Shown: one piece after another, positions 1 through 9,542 of the stretch
Numbering within the stretch: the stretch's first letter is position 1
Layout: each line of letters starts with the position of its first letter
Origin: an uncultured virus (IMG/VR IMGVR_UViG_3300009873_000028)
Lineage: Duplodnaviria > Heunggongvirae > Uroviricota > Caudoviricetes
Virus record (IMG/VR): IMGVR_UViG_3300009873_000028
Reading direction: 5' to 3' (one strand)
Length of the DNA: 64,000 nt
Notes under the pieces: generated by a model
The model's input: only the letters and a program-made list of their open reading frames with translations
Told to the model about the DNA's origin: nothing
The model's database searches: none
Translations under genes and position numbers: made by a program

Positions 1-245
1 CCCCCCTCCCGGCGGCCACCCCTTGGGACAACTAACCCCAAAAAGCAAAGGAAAAGCGAAGCGCATTAAATGCGCAGCCGCAAGTCCTTTGTTTGCCTCA
101 CTTGCGGGTGGCATGCTTCTTGTCCTGCAAGCCTCATGCCGTGTTACTTAAAGTAACGTCTGACATACCCCCCCTTCCGGGGGAACCCGCCTAGGATTGG
201 AAGGGTAAAGGCTAAGGCACCTAAGGCGGGCGCTCGCCGCCCTAG

Positions 246-259
246 AGTTGCTTAGCTAG
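246..259 (+). promoter_or_regulatory. Copy of repeated early-region motif AGTTG(C/A)(T/C)TAGCTAG
   Basis: AGTTGCTTAGCTAG here; related copies at 675-688, 1669-1682 and 5038-5051, all intergenic upstream of genes. Confidence 0.55.
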
Positions 260-276
260 CGAGGGAACTAGAAGAA

Positions 277-477
277 ATGGACAATCTACTCGAAGCCTAC
301 GTGAAAGGCATCGATGACAAAGGCAACACGGTTGACTCCGTGTGGACCAGTGCAGAGAGCATCTCTGACTTGGCTACCACGTGCGCCACTATGGACGCGA
401 AGCATCCGCGTCGCATCGTGCGCTTTCTCATCGATGTAGCCGTGCCGAACTCGTACACGTTCGGAGCCAACGCGTGA
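277..477 (+). CDS. Small early hypothetical protein
   Basis: 66 aa ORF with ATG and purine-rich leader. Confidence 0.6.
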   Translation: MDNLLEAYVKGIDDKGNTVDSVWTSAESISDLATTCATMDAKHPRRIVRFLIDVAVPNSYTFGANA

Positions 478-766
478 GACGCACACCGCCGCACCTCCTG
501 AGCCGCAAAAGCGGGCAGCAAATCTTGCTGGACGCACGGCGCGAAGCCGCGCCGCAACCGCCGAACGTACCCGCGAAGCTTCCGAGTTTCACCGCCATGC
601 AAGTATGGCGGTATGGGTATCCCCGAGCCTAGTAGGCTCCGAGTAGGAAGCGCCCCCGGGCGCTTCCCTCTCAGAGTTGACTAGCTAGCTAGCCGACTCG
701 CCACGGCCAAACCGTAACCGCGCAATTTCGCGCTAACCCGCGTTTGGCTGGAAGGAAACCTTAGCA

Positions 767-1555
767 ATGGCTAAGCGAGACAAGACGAACCCCGAGCAGA
801 TCGAGCAGGCCGATGCGCTCTTGAGCATCCCGGCCCTGATCACGGAATGGGTCAAGCAGCACGTGCCGCAGGAGATCCACGACAAGATCAACAGCGCGCT
901 CAGCGCGTTGGCCGACGTGCAAGACGGATTCAACCGGAACGGCAACCGCACCGACTACCGTCGGGACCAGCTGGCGTTCGCGTCCGCCGGCATCGAGCCG
1001 ACGGCCGACGGGCCGGTGCTGGTCGTGTCCACCATGAAGGGTCGCCGCGTGGCCGACATCGTGCGCGTGTACCTGCTGGAGCACGTCAGCACGTTCGTCT
1101 ACCCGCCGACGGAGCGCAAGGACGGGAAGATGCAGTCACACCGTCCCGCGCGCGAGCGCTGGGTCAGCGGCCTCGGCTTCGAGCAGCAGGAAGCGGGTTC
1201 CGGCAAGCGCTGGAATCTGGTGCAGAAGGCCGGGACCGACGAGTTGCTCGCGGAGATCGAGAAGCTGGTGCCTGAGCGTTTCGAGGGTACCGAGCTTCCG
1301 ACCAGCACCAAGAGCTTCCTCAAGCTGGTCCTGCCCTCGGAGCTTGGCGGGCTCGAGGTCAGCGTCGCCGTCTACGATCCCGAGAAGCCCAACGTCACCG
1401 AAGAGAAGTTCCGCGCGGACCTCGAGCGCATCATGCCGCTCCTGCGGGCCGGCGGGCAGTTCAGCACCGACCGCAAGGGCAACCCCACGCGCCTTGGGGA
1501 GTTGTACCTCGCCGCATTCAAGGCGAGCCAGCAGGCGGCTCAGGCCGCAGCCTAG
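767..1555 (+). CDS. Early hypothetical protein
   Basis: 262 aa ORF, GAAGGA RBS, strong GC3 codon bias, followed by terminator. Confidence 0.8.
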   Translation: MAKRDKTNPEQIEQADALLSIPALITEWVKQHVPQEIHDKINSALSALADVQDGFNRNGNRTDYRRDQLAFASAGIEPTADGPVLVVSTMKGRRVADIVRVYLLEHVSTFVYPPTERKDGKMQSHRPARERWVSGLGFEQQEAGSGKRWNLVQKAGTDELLAEIEKLVPERFEGTELPTSTKSFLKLVLPSELGGLEVSVAVYDPEKPNVTEEKFRADLERIMPLLRAGGQFSTDRKGNPTRLGELYLAAFKASQQAAQAAA

Positions 1556-1562
1556 CCTTCCA

Positions 1563-1606
1563 GAGTGCCTCGGCCCCGAAAGGGGCCGGGGCGCTCACTT
1601 TTTTTG
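1563..1606 (+). terminator. Intrinsic terminator
   Basis: GAGTGCCTCGGCCCC-GAAA-GGGGCCGGGGCGCTC hairpin followed by a T run. Confidence 0.85.
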
Positions 1607-1698
1607 CTCTTCCCGCCCGTTGAGCGAATTGAGACCCAAGCAAGCGCGTTGCGCTTGCTTGGTTGTCAAGTTGCTTAGCTAGAGGAGGAACTTAACCC

Positions 1699-1857
1699 AT
1701 GGAAGCGATCAGTTATGGGCTAGTGGATTACCACGCAGCCCACGCCGACAAGACCGACCACATCGTTCTGCTCGGAGGCAACATCGTCGCCATCGTCTTC
1801 TCGTGCGAGGACGCACGCGCCCTCGTGGGGGAACTGGAGGTCCAATGCTCCGAGTAA
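1699..1857 (+). CDS. Small hypothetical protein, 52 aa (not in ORF track)
   Basis: GAGGAGG RBS, ATG 1699, MEAISYGLVDYH...QCSE stop. Confidence 0.6.
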   Translation: MEAISYGLVDYHAAHADKTDHIVLLGGNIVAIVFSCEDARALVGELEVQCSE

Positions 1858-2091
1858 AAGTGCTCCGCGCGGATGGCTCCGAGGAGCTTTTCTTCGCAGA
1901 CGATGTAGAAGTGCAGCATGGCACGATCAGCTTCGAAACAGGCAATGGCCTTCGCGCTTTTCGACTCGACGAGGAACAGCACATCGAAGTGAAGGCCCTT
2001 CCGGGCGGGCTCTTGAAGCCCGCCGGTTGGGAGCCATGTGTCGGCCCTTGCTGGCATCACGCCTGCAAGAACCCCTAAAGGAGAAAACCCA

Positions 2092-2538
2092 TTGAGAGAA
2101 GAGTACGCCGTTCCGAGCGCACTCGCATCTCTCTGGACACTCACAGCTTTGACGTTGAGCCTTCTACCAGAAGTTGGTCCGCCAGCTAGAGAACATCACC
2201 ACAACATTTTCGATCCCCCTGCTTTGAGCGTCCCTGAGATGCCGAAGTTCCACAAGGTGACAGCCTACTGTACATGCGCCCTTTGTTGCGGCAAGTGGGC
2301 AGATGGCATCACCGCCACGGGACACCCCGCTGTTGAGGGGGTCACGGTCGCAGTAGACCCAAGCGTTTGGCCGCTGAGAAGTTGCGTTAGGCTTTTCGGC
2401 ATCGGTCGCCGAATGGCGACCGACACCGGCAGTGCCATCAAGGGCGAGCGCATAGACCTTTTCCTTGACTCTCACGAGAGGGCCAAGGAATGGGGAGTGA
2501 GAGAGATGCTGGTCAGCGATTGCGGGACAGGAGCTTAA
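2092..2538 (+). CDS. 3D-domain (Asp-Asp-Asp) cell-wall lytic protein
   Basis: VTAYC..GITATG..VAVDP..DTGSAIKGERIDLF motifs; TTG start after AAGGAG. Confidence 0.85.
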   Translation: MREEYAVPSALASLWTLTALTLSLLPEVGPPAREHHHNIFDPPALSVPEMPKFHKVTAYCTCALCCGKWADGITATGHPAVEGVTVAVDPSVWPLRSCVRLFGIGRRMATDTGSAIKGERIDLFLDSHERAKEWGVREMLVSDCGTGA

Positions 2539-2743
2539 AGTGTTGAAGCAAAACGAAGTACCTCAATTCGCAAAGCGGCTCACCTACGCAAGCGAGGAGG
2601 AGCTAGAGGAGAAGCTAGCCCGTGCTGAGCAGGAGCGTGACACCCTCATGTGGATCATCCTCGCGTTCATGCTCCTCGGGATCCTCTTCGGCTCAGGACC
2701 AGAGGGGTCATACTTCGAGCCGTTCTGAGCAGGCGAGATAAAG

Positions 2744-2774
2744 GGGCCAAGCGCAAAGCGCTTGGCTCTTTTTT
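2744..2774 (+). terminator. Intrinsic terminator
   Basis: GGGCCAAGCGC-AAA-GCGCTTGGCTC followed by T6. Confidence 0.8.
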
Positions 2775-2798
2775 CGTGCTTACTCAAGGAGGAGAAAG

Positions 2799-3068
2799 AT
2801 GGAACCCAACATCGATCCGATCATCCAGAAGAACATCGAACGTTGGAACTTGGAGCAGACGAAGAAGAGGGAGAAGAAGGCTCGCACTCAAGCCCACGCT
2901 ATCGAGCTGCTACGCAAGGAGTTGAACCGCGAGCCGCGAGCGCACGAAGTGCGTTCGAAGATCGCCTTCCTCCTCGCGGAGCGCAGGGCCAAGTGGCTCC
3001 TGAAGGAGTGCCGCGCCACCGTGGGAGAGCTGGTAGCCGCGCACAACGCGAAGCAGGGGAAGAAGTGA
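2799..3068 (+). CDS. Hypothetical basic helical protein
   Basis: AGGAGGAG RBS, 89 aa. Confidence 0.7.
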   Translation: MEPNIDPIIQKNIERWNLEQTKKREKKARTQAHAIELLRKELNREPRAHEVRSKIAFLLAERRAKWLLKECRATVGELVAAHNAKQGKK

Positions 3069-3690
3069 GCCTAGTAGGCGCGTTCTTCCTAGGAGCGGCG
3101 TTCATGCTCTGGATCCTCTGGCTCGACGGGAGGCTGAGGTGAACCGCTTCCAGCTCTGGTTGCTTAGCTGGCTAGCCAGCTTCGAGGAGGCTCCCCAGTA
3201 CGTGAGCCAAGATACCTTGAACTACTGGCTTCGGCGAGAGAGGCAAGAGCTTCTGGACGGCAAAGGGAAGGTGAGCGAGTGAGAAAGGGGATCTACGTTG
3301 ACCCCCGGGGCGTGAGCCCCGGGTGTAGCGGCATCGAAATCCGAGATCGAGAGACGCAGAAGCAGAAGGACGAGAAGAAGGGCCTGAAGGGCATCTTCGT
3401 CGAGGGCCGCGGCTTCACCTCGAACTTCGAGGAGGCTCGGAGCTGGCTGCAGGTGGGAGAAGCTCTCGGGCGCTACAAGCTGAGGCTCTTCCGCTTCGGG
3501 TTGATAGTGTGAGGTCCACGCAGTATCGTTGGGTTCAAGTCCGAAACGAGCCAACCGTGGAGTGGACTCCCGCTCATTTCACACCGGACTGGTTCGAGAC
3601 GGAAGGTGGAGCCTACTGGCTTATAGGCACAGACGAACCATTTCACATCCGAGAACTCGTGTTAGGTGACTGGCTAGAAGAGCCCGTCTA

Positions 3691-3772
3691 GACAGAAATG
3701 CACACACGCTGTGTGTGCATTGCTCAACCAAACCCTAGCTAACCTGTTGAGCCTGATGAAGTTGGTTAGCTA
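3691..3772 (+). ncRNA. Type II hammerhead ribozyme, variant core, predicted cut after 3721
   Basis: GAAA 3695-98; stem III TGCACACAC/GTGTGTGCA; AUU triplet; stem I GCTCAAC/GTTGAGC; CTGATGA 3753-59; short stem II GTT/GAC behind an A.A pair; 9-bp pseudoknot TAGCTAACC/GGTTAGCTA. Confidence 0.8.
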
Positions 3773-3819
3773 ACAATCCAACCATGCGGACGCCTGCAGC
3801 GTCCGTATGTGAAAGGAAA

Positions 3820-4959
3820 ATGAGACAAATGCGAAAGTTCATGAGCATGCTCTTCGCACTCACCCTCGCCGCGTGTAGCGGCGGGACCAGCATCACGGGA
3901 CCGGAGAGCAACGAGGCTCCCACCACGGGCGCTTCCGCGCCCGTGGCGCAGGCAACCCCTGCCCCGCAGCCTGTGGACGGACAGACGCCCACGGCGTCTG
4001 TCATCAACTTCTACCCCAACGCGACCTTCGAGGCGTTCAACAACAGCGGAGACCCGAAGGAGTTCACCGCGTTCATCACGAGCTTCGACGATCAGGTAAC
4101 TCCGCTCACGCCTCCCGGCGTGGTGAAGCAGCTGGTCGCAGCAGGGAAGAGCTGGAACTACAGCTTCAGCCGCACGTGCGTGCAGGCTGACGTGGAGGGT
4201 GACGGCGTGTTCGGCGCTGCCTTCTACGGGAAGAACGGTCAGCAGATCGACATTCGCACGCCTGCTGGCGAGGCTGCCATCAAGGAGTGTCGCTGCACGC
4301 CGACGTGGCAGCGGGATGAAGAGTATGAGACGGTCTATGGTGAGTGGGTGGTCGAGGGATGCAGCAAGAGCCGCACTGTGACCCACATCTATACCGAAAC
4401 GCAGACCTGCACCAACGCGACCCGCAAGATTGAGGTGCCGCAGCCTGCTCAGGTGGAGGATGTCGAGGGTGAGACGAACTTCAGCCTCGGTACGCTGAGC
4501 TACTCGACCTACACCCCCGGCTACACGCTTTACAAGTACGACGGTCGGAGTGGACTGGAGAACGACTGCCAGAACGACGGCGGGACGTTCTACTCGTCCA
4601 AGGATGGGCGTGAGAACGTCTGCTACACCATGACGAATCACGGCGAGTGGTGGGAGTACGACAACAACGACTACGCCAACCGCTACGACACCGACAACGT
4701 GCCGGCGTCGGGTGGCAACCCGATCAGCGGCAGCGCTAGCGTGTCTGGCTCTGGCACCTGGAAGCTGGTCCTGAAGGCCACCAACCCGGGCGACTACAAC
4801 AAGGACATCGACACCGAGAAGCTGGGTTGCGGTGAGCGCGGCCAGTTGAACGTCAGCTACGACTGGATCGGCCACAATTCGGACAAGTGGTTCCTCCAGC
4901 TGTTCCACAACAACGTGCTAGTCGCCACCAGCCCGATCGTGAACAACCCCTCGAACTAG
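3820..4959 (+). CDS. Lipoprotein of unknown function
   Basis: GAAAGGA RBS; signal peptide with lipobox LAAC; Pro/Thr linker; Cys-containing beta-rich body. Confidence 0.8.
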   Translation: MRQMRKFMSMLFALTLAACSGGTSITGPESNEAPTTGASAPVAQATPAPQPVDGQTPTASVINFYPNATFEAFNNSGDPKEFTAFITSFDDQVTPLTPPGVVKQLVAAGKSWNYSFSRTCVQADVEGDGVFGAAFYGKNGQQIDIRTPAGEAAIKECRCTPTWQRDEEYETVYGEWVVEGCSKSRTVTHIYTETQTCTNATRKIEVPQPAQVEDVEGETNFSLGTLSYSTYTPGYTLYKYDGRSGLENDCQNDGGTFYSSKDGRENVCYTMTNHGEWWEYDNNDYANRYDTDNVPASGGNPISGSASVSGSGTWKLVLKATNPGDYNKDIDTEKLGCGERGQLNVSYDWIGHNSDKWFLQLFHNNVLVATSPIVNNPSN

Positions 4960-4964
4960 GCGAA

Positions 4965-5035
4965 GCCTAGTTCGAGCAGGCCGAAACGGCGCTCCCTCGC
5001 GCCGTCGCAGCGTTAGGCGCTGCCTGAAGATGGCC
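4965..5035 (+). ncRNA. Type II hammerhead ribozyme, predicted cut after GUC at 5006
   Basis: GGCC-GAAA; stem III CGGCGC/GCGCCG; TC; stem I GCAGCG/CGCTGC; CTGAAGA-T-GGCC; loop I TTAGG(C) can pair with GCCTAG 4965-70. Confidence 0.9.
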
Positions 5036-5063
5036 AGAGTTGCCTAGCTAGAAGGAGAACTTA

Positions 5064-5258
5064 ATGGACGCTAACCTTTCACGTCTGATCGAATCCGCTG
5101 ATGTGCTGGTCAAGTTGGCCAGCCTGCTGATCGTGTTTCGCCTGGTGGACGGCCTCGCCGCACTCGGCCTCCAGATCCGCGGCTACTTCCGAATCGCAGA
5201 GTCCGAGCAGAGGCTGCTGGAGGCCCTCAAGGCGGTTGCTGAAAGGCAGCCGAAGTGA
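5064..5258 (+). CDS. Small membrane-associated hypothetical protein
   Basis: AAGGAG RBS, hydrophobic middle. Confidence 0.65.
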   Translation: MDANLSRLIESADVLVKLASLLIVFRLVDGLAALGLQIRGYFRIAESEQRLLEALKAVAERQPK

Positions 5259-5348
5259 GCCGAGGCGAAACCGTAGCTTTGTGCGCCCTCGTGGGCGCTT
5301 TGCTTTTCCTAACCCCCAAGCTCCTCTACGACTACCTGAGATGGCACG

Positions 5349-5771
5349 ATGGGGAGGAGTAAGCTTCCCCTAGCAGCAGCGGTTTGCGCTGCTGCTTGCG
5401 GCACCCCCTACCCTACTGCCTCGTCCGAAACCTTTACCACGACCGAGATGGCCCTGGTCGATCACACTGCTGCTGCTGCTGCGCAGCAGCAGGTGAAGGT
5501 GCGAGGCGAAATCACTGACAAAATGTATCCTGGCCTGGCAAAGGTGAATCCCACCGCTTGGTACGACGCCGGGGTGGCCTACTACTACCGACCCAACGTG
5601 GCACGCTACGTCAGCTTAGTCCCCGAGCCGGGTAAGGAAACCGCCCTCAACATCGCCACGCACGAAGTTTGCCACGCGAAGCATCGAGCGCATGACTGTG
5701 CGCACTGGCTTTGCATGGATAAGTGGGCTACTCCTACCTATCCCGAGCCTGGGAGGTGCAAGAATGACTGA
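5349..5771 (+). CDS. Putative lipoprotein zinc metallopeptidase
   Basis: AAAC lipobox-like N-terminus; HEVCH (HExxH) plus downstream His. Confidence 0.6.
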   Translation: MGRSKLPLAAAVCAAACGTPYPTASSETFTTTEMALVDHTAAAAAQQQVKVRGEITDKMYPGLAKVNPTAWYDAGVAYYYRPNVARYVSLVPEPGKETALNIATHEVCHAKHRAHDCAHWLCMDKWATPTYPEPGRCKND

Positions 5772-6159
5772 GCCCACCGCCGAGCACCTGAAGGCCGCGC
5801 AGGAGTGGATCGAGGGCAACTGGCAGTCTAACGATGCCGACCCGACGCCGGTTCAATCCTTCGAGGCCGCTGTTGAAAGCCTCGCCGCCCTCCTCGCAAG
5901 GAGGGAGCAGGCGCTGCGGGAGGAGATCACGCTGTGGCAGCACCGCAGCACCACCAGCGCGAGAGACTCTGCCGCACTGGAGCAGCGCGCCGAAGCCGCC
6001 GAGGCCCGGCTGAAGCGGGTGATAGAGGCGGCGGGGGAGTACCTCGACCCAACACACCACTGCGAGGATGAGGGAGAAGATTTCTCGCAGCCCTGCCCAC
6101 GTAAGGTTCGTCTTGACGCAGCGCTGGCCGCCGCGCAGTCGAGCGAGGAGGGCGCATGA
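5764..6159 (+). CDS. Hypothetical coiled-coil protein
   Basis: GGAGG RBS, ATG 5764. Confidence 0.6.
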   Translation: MTEPTAEHLKAAQEWIEGNWQSNDADPTPVQSFEAAVESLAALLARREQALREEITLWQHRSTTSARDSAALEQRAEAAEARLKRVIEAAGEYLDPTHHCEDEGEDFSQPCPRKVRLDAALAAAQSSEEGA

Positions 6160-6321
6160 CCAAGCTGAACCTGCGAGAGGCTGAGGAGCGGGCGCGGCTG
6201 CTCGATACACCAGCCTCTACGCGGTCGGAGCAGAAGGACGCGCAGACGATTCTCGCCCTCGCCGCGCGCCGCGCCGAAGCGGGATCACCGTCACGGACGA
6301 GGTTGTCTGTGCGGGAAGACG

Positions 6322-6630
6322 ATGCTGGATGAGCGTCCGCCGAAGCAGGCAGAGCCAAAACAGTCTGAGTTGTGCCACAGGGCCAAGCCAGGTTACGAGT
6401 GCTATTGTGACGCTGTTGGAATCCCTCACGATCTACCGAAGCGGGCAGAGCAGCCGGACATCGAATGTGCTGGAGGGCACGACGGGATGGGCTGCGGTTC
6501 CGAGTGCAGGCAGGCAGAGCAGCCGGGCCACGAGTTCGTAGGTTCACATGACGACGGAGCGCACGCTTGGGTCTGCGTTATCTGCGGCCTTCCCGAGTCC
6601 GCCCACCGCCGGGCCGAGGAGAAGCGATGA
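6322..6630 (+). CDS. Cys/His-rich hypothetical protein with AEQP repeats
   Basis: ORF track; short Cys-rich segments separated by (Q/R)AE(Q)P. Confidence 0.5.
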   Translation: MLDERPPKQAEPKQSELCHRAKPGYECYCDAVGIPHDLPKRAEQPDIECAGGHDGMGCGSECRQAEQPGHEFVGSHDDGAHAWVCVICGLPESAHRRAEEKR

Positions 6631-6699
6631 GCTGGATAGCTTTGTTGTTCGCGGCAGCGCTACTGGCGCGCGTGCCACTGCGGGCGCTGGAGGTGGACG

Positions 6700-7266
6700 G
6701 TGAGTGAGCCGAGCGAGGTCGCTAAGCAGCTGGCGGAGGAGTACACGGACGATCCTGGCGTGATCGCCGAGCTGACTCCGTATTTTCAGCGCGCCCTCGA
6801 CGCAGCCGCAGCCGAATATCCGCTGCGGGCCGTGGAGCGCCTGACCCGGGAGCTGGATGAGCAGAAGAATCTGGTCCACAAGTACAACGTGGCAAGCTAC
6901 CAAAAACAGAAGCGGATTGACGCTCTGACCCGGGAGAGGAACAAGCTGTTGGAGGGTCTGGAGAATCTTGGGTGGCCCTGTAGGCTAGAGGAGTTACCTG
7001 ACTATGTGTCCCGCCTGACCCGGGAGCTGCGGGAGCAGTCCGAGCGACGAGTGCGAGCCGAGACCGCGCTCATCGAGGAGCAGAAGTATCGTGAGCGTGA
7101 TGCGGTAGCGTCAGATAACGCGCTACAGAAGGCCGAGGCCGACGATCGCGTCGTGCGCGAGGAGCGGAAGGCGCTGCGGGAGATCATTCAACGCGAAGGC
7201 TGCACGGACCATCGGAGACACATCCTCATGGCTCTTGCCGCCCGCGACAAGGAGCTGAGCAAGTGA
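6700..7266 (+). CDS. Coiled-coil protein with three LTRE repeats
   Basis: GGAGG RBS; CTGACCCGGGAG occurs three times. Confidence 0.65.
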   Translation: MSEPSEVAKQLAEEYTDDPGVIAELTPYFQRALDAAAAEYPLRAVERLTRELDEQKNLVHKYNVASYQKQKRIDALTRERNKLLEGLENLGWPCRLEELPDYVSRLTRELREQSERRVRAETALIEEQKYRERDAVASDNALQKAEADDRVVREERKALREIIQREGCTDHRRHILMALAARDKELSK

Positions 7267-7842
7267 AGCGCCTCGCCAAGCCACCACCTTGCTTATCTTT
7301 TCACCTTCCTTTTCCCGCGCAGTCGTGTGCGCCTGCGCGTTTGGAGCCCCCCTTGTGGATCAAAAACCTAGAACTTCGTTGGAGCAACCATCCGAGATTC
7401 TTCGTTCGAAGCTGGTCCGCCCTACACATAGCCTTCTTCAACCTCAGGCTAACCCTCCACCCAAGGAGTACACATATCTTTACTCGGTTTCCTTCGAGGT
7501 GAAACCATATGTCGTGGAGCTTGCGGGACTTTTTAACGCAGAGAGGACAGAAAAGCTTGTCCAAGCCCTCAGAGCCAAAGGCCTTGCCCCCTGGGCAAAG
7601 CCTCACACTTTTGACTGATCTCACCTTGTCTCAGCTTTTCAAGCTGAGCCAAGAGATTGCTCACCTCACCGTGGTGGAGGAGAACCTTCAGCGCACGCTG
7701 AGAATGAAAATCTTCGAGGGGAACCGCAGCAACATCAACGAGCCTCGCTGGCTCGCGGAGCTGACAGCTTCCGAAGAAAGAGAGGAACTTTTGGCGAAGT
7801 GCACCGAGCAGGTTAGGACTGCTCACTACTCCAAGGTAAGGC

Positions 7843-8265
7843 ATGTTGGACGAACTGCTGGCCTCAGCCACTGAGGAGCCTAAGGCTCCTGAGCCTACGT
7901 TTCGCTTGCTCGTGGCGGACTCTAACCCCCAACGAGCGGACTACTACAGAATCCGGGGAAATCCCGCCGAGCTTCGGGTGGTGCGCTCAGTTGCTGCGCT
8001 AACTAGTGAACTTGCAGAGAGCAAGTGGCACCTGCTCATCACCTCTGGGACCTTGCAAGGCTACACAAACGATGAAGAGCTTCTCGCTCCCATCATCAAC
8101 GCGCACTACTCAGGACACCTAGAGGGCGTGATTGTGAATGCCAGCATCCCAGTTTTTGGAGAAGAGCTTACCAAAGACCTTCTGAGAGCTGGTGTGCCCG
8201 CGCGCTGGTACCCCTACGACGCTCGTACCCCTTCTTTCCACTATCCAAAGGCGGTTAAGTTGTGA
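7843..8265 (+). CDS. Hypothetical protein, possibly receiver-like alpha/beta fold
   Basis: LLVADS...WHLLITSG beta-alpha pattern; family uncertain. Confidence 0.5.
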   Translation: MLDELLASATEEPKAPEPTFRLLVADSNPQRADYYRIRGNPAELRVVRSVAALTSELAESKWHLLITSGTLQGYTNDEELLAPIINAHYSGHLEGVIVNASIPVFGEELTKDLLRAGVPARWYPYDARTPSFHYPKAVKL

Positions 8266-9542
8266 AGGAAAAAGAAAAGTTCGACGCTTCCACCTTCTCC
8301 CCCGAGCACCGTTGCCTCGGCCAGGACTCTGAGTTCTTCCTCTGGGACAAGGAGAAGGAGAAGGTGGTGGAAAGCTTCCACTTCTTCGAGAAGAAGCCCC
8401 TGGCGAAGCGGCTCTTCGGTGGAACTCAGGAAGCAGCAAAGAGGTACTGGGGATCCACTCCCGTCCCCGAGGACATCAGAGTGGTGGACCGAGAGCTTCC
8501 CGAGCCCATCCCTCCCTTCGACGACGTGGCTCCGCTGGTGTTCAGGGATGGGCTTGCAGTGGAGATCAACACAGCTCCCACCAACTGCAGGGGCTGGTTC
8601 TACAACAACGTCCGGTGGGCACTCTGGCTCGCCGACGCGGGCCTTCCGGAGCACGTGGGTTGGACCTCCCGCCCCTGGGTGGAGGTGGACCCCAAGGACA
8701 TCCAAAGCTGGCCAGAGGACCTGAAAGAGCTGGGATGCTCTCCCACCCTGGACGCTTACACAGGGAAGCAAAAGATTCTCCGAGTGAATCCCCTTAAGCT
8801 TCCCTTCCGCACCTCTGGCTCGCACTTCCACATGAGCTTCTACACCAAGCCAGCCCTCGAAGGTCACACGGCTTTCATCAAGCTGGCTGACATGTTCATC
8901 GGACTCCCCTTCACCTTTCTTTTTGGTGATGAGCTGGAGTTCAAGCGTAGGAAGCTCTACGGGCAAGCTGGGGAGTACCGGGTGCAGGAGTACAAGGAGA
9001 AGAACTTCCCTAACGACCCTCCCACTCCCGGCCTGGAGTACCGCGTTCTCTCCTCGCGTGTGTGGTCTCACCCTGGGATCTTCTCACTCTTCTCTGGGAT
9101 CTGGAAGTACGTCCTAGGTCAGCCGCGCATGCTCGAAAAGGCCTGGGATCGCTGGGATCCCGCTTGGGAGGACGAGCTTCAGGAAGCCATCAACCTGGGA
9201 AGCGAAGCTGCGCTTCAGTCCATGATGCAAAAAAGCGTGGAGCTGATGCCTAGCTACTACGACGCCTGGGAAAGGCACCCGAGTGGGACGGACGTCTATG
9301 GCTATCCACTAACCCCGAAGGCGCGGTTCGACGAAAGTGATCAGCTGCTCTATCTCCGTGGGGATAGCTTCTCCCCAGAGGAGAAGCTCTCTGTGTGGAA
9401 GAAGCTCCGTGAGCACGCGCGAGCGGGTGCTTTCCCCGACATGGGAGTGATGGACCCGAAGCTTCCCGAGGCTCACGTGGGTTGGCAGCACTACGCGCAG
9501 ACCCAGAAGCTAAACCCGAAAGTGGTGAGGCATGACGTCTAA
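8262..9542 (+). CDS. phiEco32-like COOH-NH2 ligase type 2
   Basis: LGQDSEFFL, DGLAVEIN, LGCSPTLDAY, RTSGSHFH, RRKLYGQAGEYR, GLEYRVLS motifs. Confidence 0.85.
   Translation: MKEKEKFDASTFSPEHRCLGQDSEFFLWDKEKEKVVESFHFFEKKPLAKRLFGGTQEAAKRYWGSTPVPEDIRVVDRELPEPIPPFDDVAPLVFRDGLAVEINTAPTNCRGWFYNNVRWALWLADAGLPEHVGWTSRPWVEVDPKDIQSWPEDLKELGCSPTLDAYTGKQKILRVNPLKLPFRTSGSHFHMSFYTKPALEGHTAFIKLADMFIGLPFTFLFGDELEFKRRKLYGQAGEYRVQEYKEKNFPNDPPTPGLEYRVLSSRVWSHPGIFSLFSGIWKYVLGQPRMLEKAWDRWDPAWEDELQEAINLGSEAALQSMMQKSVELMPSYYDAWERHPSGTDVYGYPLTPKARFDESDQLLYLRGDSFSPEEKLSVWKKLREHARAGAFPDMGVMDPKLPEAHVGWQHYAQTQKLNPKVVRHDV

Noticed and set aside
706..747. Twister ribozyme in the leader of the 767 ORF
   Set aside because: Hairpin with TAA internal loops but none of the conserved pseudoknot loop sequence
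5255..5346. Third hammerhead-like string (GAAAC...CTGAGATGGC)
   Set aside because: Core lacks a nucleotide, there is no stem I, and the region reads as a small TM ORF (5255-5362)
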